Shown here: positions 1 through 8,582 of the stretch, in pieces
Position numbering within the stretch: the first letter of the stretch is position 1
Layout of the letters: each line of letters starts with the position of its first letter
Origin: Candidatus Poribacteria bacterium
GTDB taxonomy: Bacteria; Poribacteria; WGA-4E; UBA9662
Direction of reading: 5' to 3'
NCBI GenBank assembly: GCA_036339735.1
Contig: JAYZAL010000012.1
Location: 1-15,091, forward strand
Length of the DNA stretch: 15,091 bases
Program-made: the position numbers and the translations under genes
The notes under the pieces: model-generated
Seen by the model: only the letters and a program-made list of their open reading frames with translations
Told to the model about the DNA's origin: nothing
Database searches by the model: none

Positions 1-1
1 C

Positions 2-196
2 TCTGAATGGAAATGGGGATATATTGATTACCGTGGCGAATATGTGATTCAGCCACAGTTTGAGGTTGCACATCCTTTCGTCAATGGCATTGCTAAAGTG
101 AAGCGGGATGGTCTTTGGGAGCTAATAAATAGAGAAGGCCAGCTAATGCCAACCAATGCTAACCAAACTAGTACTGGTAAGAAGAATTCTTCTTAG
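2..196 (+). CDS. WG-repeat (KWG/WG_beta_rep) protein, C-terminal fragment (5' end outside window)
   Basis: Not in the ORF track. Manual translation of frame 2 gives SEWKWGYIDYRGEYVIQPQFEVAHPFVNGIAKVKRDGLWELINREGQ...SS*, with stop TAG at 194-196. This fits the WG-repeat pattern KWGyId..G..vi.pqf..a..F..G.A.V. Confidence 0.88.
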   Translation, partial: SEWKWGYIDYRGEYVIQPQFEVAHPFVNGIAKVKRDGLWELINREGQLMPTNANQTSTGKKNSS

Positions 197-203
197 TTTT
201 TCA

Positions 204-1004
204 TCAACTTAACGAATAACCAACCACTTTCATTCCTTGCGCAAAAGCCCCCTGGCGTTGTTCTTCTCCACCGGGAGAACATGGCCGACCTTCCCAAGCA
301 CAGTTGAGATCGCTGGGGCAAAAATAGATGCCGACACGATCATCAAAGGTTACGGCTTCGTCATAACACCCGTGCGGTTTGACCAGTTTGTCTCCGCCCA
401 GATATTCGTTATGATCATAAATCGAATGGTAGATTGGGTGGGATAGGTCAAGGCGTTCAACTTTAATAGGTAAACCGCTTCGCGCATAAAGCTACGCCCC
501 CCCATTTAACCGAACGTCGCAATCCTCAATTTGCAAGAACCCTCCCCTTTCTAAAAACTCTTTCAATCGCCATTTTTGCTTTTGGGGAAATCAAAAACCG
601 ATATGCCCCGTAGCAAATAAGTAAGAGTGAGCAAACAAGCAATCGTCATCAATTGATACAAACTGTGGATTGCTATAAAGTACCACATCAATATTTGTCA
701 GCTGGTCAAGCATCTGAGTAAACCTTAGATCAGATGGCCAACGGTAATAATCAACAATATTAGTGTACCAATCTCCACCTGGGTACTTAAGCCGAATAAA
801 AACAAATTTTTCACCTGTTGGCTCTTTGTCTGGCCGATGGTGATCAACAATGCCGTACGGAGAACCATGATAGGTATTTGTTTCATTTTCAGAAGGAAGT
901 TCAGTCGGGTTCTCGTTGGCAAGGATTGGAAGTTGGGAAAGGAGCAAACCGGTTGTAATTAATTCTGCAGATTTTTTGAGAAAAATCCGACGGGGTGCTG
1001 TCAT
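204..1004 (-). pseudogene. Tat-exported DUF4159-family protein, disrupted by in-frame TGA (591-593) and TAG (492-494)
   Basis: The N-terminus has the twin-arginine motif RRIFLK plus a hydrophobic stretch. DUF4159-like motifs FIRLKY.GGDW and YLFATGH precede the TGA. The same frame then continues LKEFLERGGFLQIED, and after the TAG continues LDLSHPIYHSIY...SDLNCAWE...AFAQGMKVVGYSLS* to a TGA at 204-206. Confidence 0.82.
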
Positions 1005-1331
1005 TCCTATTAGCTTTCCAAAATTACGATTTAGGTTTTAGGCATGAGTAGATCTGTATAGTCAGCTACAAGCCTGAACCGAGATTTAATACGGACAAAA
1101 TTGAAAGTCAGGCTATCGATATGCTTTTTCATAGGCGTTTGGCACCCTAACACATTTTTTTGATAGTCTCAAGTGAGTTACTGATATAAACCTAGACGCC
1201 GTGTAAATTGTAGAAAATTGACTTAAGACATCAGTAGCATCGGGCTAATTTTAGTTATCAGTTAAGTTGAAAAACACCCACAGTTGATCACCAATTGAAG
1301 ATATGATAGTTTATAGAAAAACAGGTGATAC

Positions 1332-2210
1332 ATGTCAAAATGGACATCTTGTGGCTACTCGTTTGATTTGAGTCCGTCCAAATTTGGTGAATTACGCTCT
1401 TCTAATGAGATTTTAAGTAATCGATGCAAATTGCAAACACGAATGCAAGAAGATGGGTATCTATTACTCAGACAAATTTTGGATCTAGATCTAGTAGAAA
1501 ATTGCCGACTAGAGTTAGCCGAGAAATTAGATTCTATTGGCGATATTGACCAACGCTACCCATTGATTGATACTATACAAAACCCAGAGTCTCAGAACGC
1601 TCAAATGTCGGCTACAGGATTTGCTAAAAAGCTGGGGGCTGGGCCAGCAGTTCGCAGATTAGTACATGAAGGTAGAATGATCAATTTTTACACACACTTT
1701 TTTGGTCAGTCAGTTCGTCCTTTGGACTTTGTTTGGGTAAGATCTGTGAGAGTAGGACATTCTGCCCCTTGCCATTATGACTGGGTCTACATGGGGCGTG
1801 GTTCTAACCGGCTATTAACCAGCTGGACGCCAATTGGAAATGTACCAAAAATCGAGGGAGCCTTAGCAGTTTTGGAAGGCTCGAACCACTTTGACGAACT
1901 AATTCAAAGCTATGGCTCAATCGACGTTGATGATCAAAGCTCAAACCCACACAGATTCAAAGGTTCCTACACACAAAACCCTGTCGAAGTACAAAGACAG
2001 TTTGGAGGACGTTGGTTAACAACAGATTTTCAGGCTGGTGATGTACTGATCTTTACCATGCATACTATGCACTGTTCATTGGATAATCAGTCTCCCGACA
2101 ACAGAATTCGACTGAGCATTGATACTCGTTACCAACCGGCTATCGATCAGGTTGACGAACGTTGGGTTGGGGACAATCCAATTGCTCATTCTGATGCTGC
2201 TAAGCGTTAA
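1332..2210 (+). CDS. PhyH-family Fe(II)/2-oxoglutarate-dependent dioxygenase
   Basis: 292-aa ORF with EDGYLLLR, HxD (CHYD), SWTPIG, GALAVLEGS, AGDVLIF...H (distal His) and RLSIDTRY. SD-like AGGTG lies upstream. Confidence 0.9.
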   Translation: MSKWTSCGYSFDLSPSKFGELRSSNEILSNRCKLQTRMQEDGYLLLRQILDLDLVENCRLELAEKLDSIGDIDQRYPLIDTIQNPESQNAQMSATGFAKKLGAGPAVRRLVHEGRMINFYTHFFGQSVRPLDFVWVRSVRVGHSAPCHYDWVYMGRGSNRLLTSWTPIGNVPKIEGALAVLEGSNHFDELIQSYGSIDVDDQSSNPHRFKGSYTQNPVEVQRQFGGRWLTTDFQAGDVLIFTMHTMHCSLDNQSPDNRIRLSIDTRYQPAIDQVDERWVGDNPIAHSDAAKR

Positions 2211-2253
2211 AGTAAGAAATTAGATTGGCCCTAACGAGTTTTATACTCTGCTG

Positions 2254-2281
2254 TTCTCAAAATTTACTCTTGTGATATAAT
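2254..2281 (+). promoter_or_regulatory. Putative sigma70 extended -10 promoter for the XRE regulator
   Basis: TGTGaTATAAT at 2271-2281 (perfect -10 with TG extension). A weak -35 TTCTCA at 2254-2259 has a 16-nt spacer. It lies about 80 nt upstream of the ATG. Confidence 0.6.
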
Positions 2282-2361
2282 GGAATTAAATGTTACGTTT
2301 AGTAGACGAGTGTTACCAAACCAGCAGACCAAAAAGTTCAGATTAAAGATTAGTAAGGGAT

Positions 2362-2703
2362 ATGAGGATGTCAATTGCTGAACTCATTAAACGCCGTAGA
2401 TTAGAACTTAAGATGACACAGACCCAACTAGCTAGCAATGCTAACCTGACACCAGCCGCCATCTCCCAATTTGAATCTGGAACACGGAAGCCTTCGTTTA
2501 ACACACTCTCTAGTTTGGCTGATGCCCTAAAAGTAACTACCGATTATTTGCTGGGTAAGCGAAAGCAAAACTATGATGACCTATTGGCTGATCCGCAAGT
2601 TGCCCTAATGTTTAGAGGTTTGATAGAATTACCAGAGCGCGATAAAGAAACGATGTTGGAGTTTTATCAATTTTTGAAGGATAAACACGAGAAAAACAAG
2701 TAG
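2362..2703 (+). CDS. XRE/Cro-C1 family helix-turn-helix transcriptional regulator
   Basis: IKRRR...MTQTQLA....LTPAAISQFESGTRKPS...L..LADALKVTTDYLLG is a canonical HTH_3 domain, followed by a short helical C-terminal domain. The start may be the second Met (2368), given TAAGGG upstream. Confidence 0.93.
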   Translation: MRMSIAELIKRRRLELKMTQTQLASNANLTPAAISQFESGTRKPSFNTLSSLADALKVTTDYLLGKRKQNYDDLLADPQVALMFRGLIELPERDKETMLEFYQFLKDKHEKNK

Positions 2704-3104
2704 ATACTATTCTGGTAGATAACATCATTAAAGCTCTAGCTTGTGATTTTTCTGGTAGGGTTTGGGATGTTTGCATAATGATTTAGGCTGACTGTGCGTT
2801 TCGTAGTCAACCAAGAAAACTGGCCTAAAAAACCTGATTCATTTCCTGTCGTTATTATAAACTAAATCTTATCTATTTAAACCTTGCCCCTGTCTGTTCG
2901 AATAATCAAATATAAGATCTTTTAGGAAAGCTGGAACCAATGTTCTCTTGCCTGATTACCTAGATCAGATTTTGCTACTCAATAACATCTGATATCGAAA
3001 AGAACTCGAGTCGAATTGGTGCATAAAGAAATAGTACACCAAAAAGTCCTAATGATGATATTTGTTTTAGGTATTCTTGTTAGCAGTGTTCGGCCATTTG
3101 GTAA

Positions 3105-4955
3105 CTAGCCTCCAACAGGGACGCTGCCGGGATCAATATTCGGGGTTCGAAGTTGGATTGGAGATAACATTTTTTCTTCCACACACCAAGGGAAATCGTA
3201 TCGTGGTGGATTAACAAATCGATCAGTTTTAATCTCGAGTGTAATACCACAACGAGGTTGTAAATCAACTTGTAACCATTTAGAGTCAACAGAGATAGTT
3301 CTCTTACCAATGGTGATACTTTTGAACTGGTGTTCACCGAAAGCTCCTGCAAGGCTGACTACAGAACGAGGAGAAAGAGGATTCAAATTAATCAGCTGAA
3401 GGCGAAATCGGCACTCGGAAATTTGATCAACCAATGCTGATACGTCCTCAGGCAAACCTGCTCTCTTATTCATTAAGTCGAAGTGTCGAATTCGACAATT
3501 CAACAATCCACCGTGATAGATGGCAGTTGGACCACCGGTGGTCAGTTGCAACAGCCCCTGTGGCCAAACAGGATTACGTGTTTGCCAGTGGTGAACATCC
3601 CAAGTCTCTGGGGCAGTATTATCGTTTTCGATCATCTCTAGGCGTTGATTCATATAATCGATATTTGCAGCTAAAACGCGTTCCGGGAATTCCGGAAATT
3701 CACCACGAACGAAGCGAAACCAACCACCATTATCATCCCGACCATCAATCTGTTTTAACCATTTTTCAGAATCGGTTAAGCGATTAACTCGTTCCAAGTC
3801 GACCTCTGATTCGGAGACATTCCATAGTTGAATAGGAAAATTGGAAGGCATCAGCCTGTAGCTATCCCATCCATTGTCAGTATGCTTGAACGGGACAATC
3901 CTATTCCCATCTTGGTTTTTGCCTAAAGACCATAGCAAATCTTGCTGAGAACGAGCTAAGTTTAGATGATCAATATTGCCTGTTAGCATCAAAGCATTGC
4001 AGCCCGAAATTAATGTTGATTCCAACAAATTGGTAGCTCCGTGGGGCCAATACCATCCGTAATAACCTCCCCACCACTTACCATTCATATTTTCACCAAT
4101 TACTCCATTTAGACCGATATTGTCGGGAATGATACCGTCGTTCTTTTCTGCTCGCTTCTGCCAAGCGCCCAAGTAATCCAAAATCCATTTTTCATACTTG
4201 GTGTCATTGTCGTAGGCAAATGCGTGTAAGATCAAGCTAGTCGCAGTCAGATTGAGAGGGACATCCCCTTTTGCCATCCGCTGATTGAGCAATTTTAGAA
4301 TAATAGTAAAAGTTTCATCGTCGTTCCAATTTGCCTTTTCAGTTTCAACGCCGGGGATGTCTTCGTAAGGTGCAGGGTAGTTGGATAGAACATCCCTATG
4401 AGTAGACCAGTCTTCTCGAGACATTTCCAGTCTGGGCCCCCGACTACCATTTAGTGGTGAGCGAATTAACTTCCGATCTGGATCGTAGTTTCTTGCCTCC
4501 GAGTCCTCATCAAGGTAAAAACTGGCAAACCTTCTTGCTCGTTGCCTATCCTTGAAGACAAAAGGATCACAAAGGCCAAGGTAATAAAGATAGCTGTAAC
4601 TTTCGCCATGATGCATCCAATCATAATATGCATCGAACTCGCGATAAATTTGACCATATTCGGTAAACTGCCAAGTGATACTATCCCACAATTGCCTTGA
4701 CATTTGGTGAATCTGCTCGCTTCCACCAACCAAATAGAATAAAGGAAAGGTCCAAAAACTTTCGTAGGCATCATCGGAGCCGTCCATACCCGGCCAACTA
4801 TCTTTCCAGATTAGGGTATTATCGGAACGAACATACTGATTAGCGTAGAAGACACCGGCCTGATTCATCAGGTCAATTAGACGCCTTTGTTGAATCGCCC
4901 AATTAGGTGGATTAACATATTGGTCAGCACAAATAGACGGAATTCGGTCGGACAT
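3105..4955 (-). CDS. Uncharacterised ~616-aa Trp/Asp-rich cytoplasmic protein, possibly an alpha/alpha-barrel enzyme
   Basis: Long uninterrupted ORF. SD AAGGA (4965-4969, minus strand) sits 9 nt before the ATG at 4955, so this start is preferred to the TTG at 4964. Motif-like blocks are DGSDDAYESF, YYDWMHHGE and PDNIG..G..GE...GKWWGGYYGW. No signal peptide is evident. Confidence 0.85.
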   Translation of the reverse strand: MSDRIPSICADQYVNPPNWAIQQRRLIDLMNQAGVFYANQYVRSDNTLIWKDSWPGMDGSDDAYESFWTFPLFYLVGGSEQIHQMSRQLWDSITWQFTEYGQIYREFDAYYDWMHHGESYSYLYYLGLCDPFVFKDRQRARRFASFYLDEDSEARNYDPDRKLIRSPLNGSRGPRLEMSREDWSTHRDVLSNYPAPYEDIPGVETEKANWNDDETFTIILKLLNQRMAKGDVPLNLTATSLILHAFAYDNDTKYEKWILDYLGAWQKRAEKNDGIIPDNIGLNGVIGENMNGKWWGGYYGWYWPHGATNLLESTLISGCNALMLTGNIDHLNLARSQQDLLWSLGKNQDGNRIVPFKHTDNGWDSYRLMPSNFPIQLWNVSESEVDLERVNRLTDSEKWLKQIDGRDDNGGWFRFVRGEFPEFPERVLAANIDYMNQRLEMIENDNTAPETWDVHHWQTRNPVWPQGLLQLTTGGPTAIYHGGLLNCRIRHFDLMNKRAGLPEDVSALVDQISECRFRLQLINLNPLSPRSVVSLAGAFGEHQFKSITIGKRTISVDSKWLQVDLQPRCGITLEIKTDRFVNPPRYDFPWCVEEKMLSPIQLRTPNIDPGSVPVGG

Positions 4956-5073
4956 ATTATTCAATCCTTAATGCGTAATGACTTGAGAACGGAAACAATA
5001 CAAGCTATCATAAATCGTCAGTGAGATCAACAAGGTAATACAAGTGAGGAGTTGAAAACCTCAGGTTTCTGCC

Positions 5074-5101
5074 TTGACATTCCTTGACAATATCATATAA
5101 T
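5074..5101 (+). promoter_or_regulatory. Consensus sigma70 promoter upstream of the asparaginase gene cluster
   Basis: TTGACA (5074-5079), 16-nt spacer, TATAAT (5096-5101). Both hexamers are perfect consensus, in a divergent intergenic region. Confidence 0.8.
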
Positions 5102-5193
5102 GAAGCGACCTTAGATTAAGGTAGAGTCGAACAGTTTTGGGTTGAGGCTGTGTCCGGTTGGTCAATCTAATTTTATGATTAATACCAGGCCAA

Positions 5194-6243
5194 ATGCAAT
5201 ATCGAGATACTGTACCATTAGTAGAAAAAACACGTGGAGAATTAGTGGAAACAGTTCATCGTGGCGTGATTGCTATTGTTTCTCCGGATGGTGAAATTCG
5301 GTATTCAGCTGGTAATCCTGAGTTTAAAACATTCTTGCGCTCTTCGGCGAAACCATTCCAGTTGTTGCCAACGATCGAAGCTGGAGCTATAAAAGCCTAC
5401 GACTTACAAGACCACGAAATTGCAGTTATGTGTTCTTCTCACAGTGGTGAAGAGTATCATTTGGATGCTGTACGTCAGATTTTGTCCAAAATTGGCTTAG
5501 ACGAATCGGCGTTAGACTCAGGGGTGCACCCACCGAGCGACGTATCTAGTCATGAGACCATGATAAGGAAAGGCCAAAAGCCAACTGCCATCCATTCGAA
5601 TTGTTCTGGAAAGCATGCTGGTATCTTAACTTTGTGCCAGCTGAAAGGTTTTTCAACCCTGAGCTATTTGGATCAGTCTCATCCAGCACAACAGTTAATC
5701 AGGCAAACATTGTCAGAATTGGCAGAAGTTGAGTTGTCTGATGCTGATGTCGCAATTGATGGCTGTGGAGTGCCAACCTTTGCTCTCCCCGTTTGGCGAA
5801 TTGGGTTGCTATTTGCTAAATTTTCCACAGCCTCTACAAATGGAACCAATCGCCAGCAGGCTTTGGCACAAATTCGAAATTCTATGACAAAAAAACCCAT
5901 GTATGTGTCAGGAAGCAATCGTTTCTGCGCCAAACTGACAAGACATTACCCTAACCAACTCGTAATGAAATCGGGAGCCGAGGGAGTTTATGGCCTCGGC
6001 CTGGCAGAAACTGGTTTGGGGTTGGGCATGAAAATAGAAACTGGTGCCAGCGAACCGAGGGAAATCTCAATTTTAGAAACATTACGACAATTATCGCAAT
6101 GCGAGTCAATTTCGATGTCTAGTTATTTGCGCCAAAGTTTTGGTCGCCTTAGTGGACAAAAGCCAATATATAATTTTCACAACCAGAATGTTGGACGAAC
6201 CTATCCCGTTTTCCAACTTCGATCAACCACCCCAAAAAATTAA
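5194..6243 (+). CDS. L-asparaginase II (Rhizobium etli-type, class 3 asparaginase)
   Basis: Family motifs RSSAKPFQ, SHSGE, NCSGKH (Zn-ligand Cys/Lys), DGCG.P and KSGAEG are all present. Confidence 0.92.
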   Translation: MQYRDTVPLVEKTRGELVETVHRGVIAIVSPDGEIRYSAGNPEFKTFLRSSAKPFQLLPTIEAGAIKAYDLQDHEIAVMCSSHSGEEYHLDAVRQILSKIGLDESALDSGVHPPSDVSSHETMIRKGQKPTAIHSNCSGKHAGILTLCQLKGFSTLSYLDQSHPAQQLIRQTLSELAEVELSDADVAIDGCGVPTFALPVWRIGLLFAKFSTASTNGTNRQQALAQIRNSMTKKPMYVSGSNRFCAKLTRHYPNQLVMKSGAEGVYGLGLAETGLGLGMKIETGASEPREISILETLRQLSQCESISMSSYLRQSFGRLSGQKPIYNFHNQNVGRTYPVFQLRSTTPKN

Positions 6244-6290
6244 ATCCTATCCTTTTTGATCAGTTTGTACTGATCAATGGAGTCAAAAAT

Positions 6291-7280
6291 ATGTCAGATG
6301 TTAAAGTTGGTTTTGTTGGTACGGGCGGGATGGCAAACGCTCATATCAGTCAAGTTGATACTATTGAAGAAGCCACTATTGTTGCTTTTTGCGATATAGA
6401 GGAAGAAAGGGCTAAAGTCGCCGCTGACCGTTACGGAGGCCAGTATTATACTGATGCTCGGCGACTAATTGACGAAACTGAAGTAGACGCAATTTATTTT
6501 TGTCTGCCACCATTTGCCCACACAGATATTGAACGGTTAGCAGCAGATAGCGGCCGACATATTTTTGTTGAAAAACCTGTATCTATGACGATAGATCACG
6601 GATTATCAGTTCTAGAAGCGGTGAATAAAAATTCAGTTATAAGCGGCGTTGGTTATCAAGGACGTTACCAAAACTCAGAAATAGCCCTGCGAGACTATTT
6701 GAAGGATAAAACAATCGGTATGGTTGTTAGCCATCGTTGGGGTGGAATCGCCGGAGGTTCAGATCATTGGTGGCGAGTAATGGAAAAATCAGGAGGTATG
6801 CTACACGAGCAAGCTACACATCAGGTCGATATGATTCGCTATTTGGCAGGTGAGATAACGGAAGTCTATAAATTATCAGCCATGAAAATTAACACTGACC
6901 AACCTAACCATACTATTCCCGATGCAGAAGTCGTTAGTCTCAAATTTGCCAGTGGTGCAGTTGGCCAAATCACTACCACTTGTGCACTAACCGGTGGGGG
7001 TGGGAGCATGCGAACTGATTTCATTCTCGAGGACCATCAAATTGTCCAACTCGGTTGGGGCAATTTCGAGATTCAGCCTCAAAATTTTGACACCATTGAA
7101 ATTTCGACTGACCCGCAGCTTGGCATTGATCAAGCTTTTATACAAGCGATCCAAACAAACAACCAGTCGCTAATCAAATCGTCTTACGCAGATGGACTAC
7201 AATCAGCTCTTGTGTCAATCTGTGCTAACCAATCATCAGAAGAAGGGAAACCAGTTGCTGTCCCCCAAATTGTTTCCTAA
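6291..7280 (+). CDS. Gfo/Idh/MocA-family NAD(P)-dependent oxidoreductase
   Basis: Rossmann motif VGFVGTGGMA, PPFAH, HIFVEKP and SGGMLHEQATHQVD. SD GGAG at 6279-6282. Confidence 0.93.
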   Translation: MSDVKVGFVGTGGMANAHISQVDTIEEATIVAFCDIEEERAKVAADRYGGQYYTDARRLIDETEVDAIYFCLPPFAHTDIERLAADSGRHIFVEKPVSMTIDHGLSVLEAVNKNSVISGVGYQGRYQNSEIALRDYLKDKTIGMVVSHRWGGIAGGSDHWWRVMEKSGGMLHEQATHQVDMIRYLAGEITEVYKLSAMKINTDQPNHTIPDAEVVSLKFASGAVGQITTTCALTGGGGSMRTDFILEDHQIVQLGWGNFEIQPQNFDTIEISTDPQLGIDQAFIQAIQTNNQSLIKSSYADGLQSALVSICANQSSEEGKPVAVPQIVS

Positions 7281-7316
7281 AGCTAAAGAAAGTAGACATC
7301 TACACTCGAGTTTGTT

Positions 7317-8576
7317 TTGAATTCCATTAAATGGCCCAAAATTGGTGTTGGTAAAATAGATATCACACCTGACTATCCTATTCGTTTGTCTGGTTATGGT
7401 GTTAGGGAAACTGAAACAACAAAGGTCGTACAACCCATCTGGGCTAGATGTTTAGTTATTATTCCGCCCAATCAGCAACCGTTCATTCTTTTGTGCGTAG
7501 AAAATTGTGGTATTCCAGAACACATTACTGAAACGGTGGCTCAGCGCTTGAAAGTTGAAGAAAATATTCCGCGCCACCATTTTACACTGAGCGTCACTCA
7601 TACTCACTCAGCGCCTTTCGTATCAGGTGCACTGGAGACACTTTTTGGTCAATCAATACCTACAGACCATCAAGCCCGGATTGACCGGTATACTGTCGAG
7701 TTAACTGATAAGTTGGTCTTTGTTGTTCAATCGGCCTTGTCTAAGGTTGAAATTGGCCAACTTTCCTGGGGGTTAAGTTCAGTTAATTTTGCCAGAAACC
7801 GTCGGGACGAAGGGGGGCCGGTGGATCACGATTTACCCGTTATCTTGGCCTCACGAAAGAATGGCGAACCGCTAGCGATTTGGTGCAGTTACGCTTGTCA
7901 TACCACGACAGTATCTTTTAATACGATTAACGGAGATTGGGCAGGCTATGCGATGTCTGAGCTTGAAGCTGATTATCCAACGGCAACGGCTTTTGTCTCT
8001 ATAGGTTGTGCTGGTGATGCAAACCCATATCCGCGTGGCGAATATGAGCATGCGAAACTGCATGGCCATTCAATAGCCGAAGAAGTTAGTAGACTAATGA
8101 ATACTAAACTGAAACCACTGGATTTAGACTCTTTGAGGGGTAAAATAAACTGGATTAAATTGCCTTTTGATAAAATTCCTACACGAGCGGAGTGGAAAAA
8201 ACGGGTCAAAGAAGGAGGCGCTGTCGGCTATCATGCTGAGGTTCAGTTAGCAAAAATCGATAGTGGTCAGAGTTTACCATCGCACCTCTCTTATGCGGTT
8301 CAGGTATGGCAATTTGGTCGTGACCTATCAATCGTATTTTTAGCCGGTGAAGTCGTGGTTGATTTTGCAGTTCGATTGAAAAATGAGTTGGGCAAAGATA
8401 CACTTTGGATCAATGCGTATTGTAACGATCTACCGGCTTACATTCCTTCCGTTCGTATTCTCAAAGAGGGCGGCTATGAAGGGAAAACCGCAATGATTTA
8501 TTTCAATCGCCCGACATATTTCAAACCAGACGTTGAAGAGCTGGTTGTTTCCGCGGTTCATAGCTTATTGTCTTAA
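7317..8576 (+). CDS. Neutral/alkaline ceramidase-like metallo-amidohydrolase
   Basis: KIDITP, LSGYG.R, THTHSAP (metal His motif), YACH.T, GCAGDANP, LAGEVVVDF and AYIPS...EGGYE. The TTG start is uncertain and the substrate is unknown. Confidence 0.85.
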   Translation: MNSIKWPKIGVGKIDITPDYPIRLSGYGVRETETTKVVQPIWARCLVIIPPNQQPFILLCVENCGIPEHITETVAQRLKVEENIPRHHFTLSVTHTHSAPFVSGALETLFGQSIPTDHQARIDRYTVELTDKLVFVVQSALSKVEIGQLSWGLSSVNFARNRRDEGGPVDHDLPVILASRKNGEPLAIWCSYACHTTTVSFNTINGDWAGYAMSELEADYPTATAFVSIGCAGDANPYPRGEYEHAKLHGHSIAEEVSRLMNTKLKPLDLDSLRGKINWIKLPFDKIPTRAEWKKRVKEGGAVGYHAEVQLAKIDSGQSLPSHLSYAVQVWQFGRDLSIVFLAGEVVVDFAVRLKNELGKDTLWINAYCNDLPAYIPSVRILKEGGYEGKTAMIYFNRPTYFKPDVEELVVSAVHSLLS

Positions 8577-8582
8577 CATACT

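Noticed and set aside
237-446. 69-aa + strand ORF
   Set aside because: It lies antisense to the C-terminal part of the DUF4159 pseudogene and has no recognisable motifs.
591-593. TGA as selenocysteine or an alternative genetic code
   Set aside because: The position is not an evident Cys site, a second lesion follows, and TGA terminates the di-heme fusion gene normally.
1005-1331. Riboswitch or ncRNA in the divergent intergenic region (AGCCTGA/TCAGGCT arms at 1071-1114)
   Set aside because: There is only a 7-bp inverted repeat with a long loop and no aptamer consensus that I recognise. An Rfam scan would be needed.
2704-3079. Possible ImmA/IrrE peptidase or sRNA downstream of the XRE gene
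   Set aside because: No ORF of useful length or recognisable RNA motif was seen. The short TTCTGGTAG repeat is compatible with chance.
3080-4774. Short ORFs 3080-3352, 3434-3787 and 4466-4774
   Set aside because: They are shadow frames overlapping the long 3105-4955 CDS.
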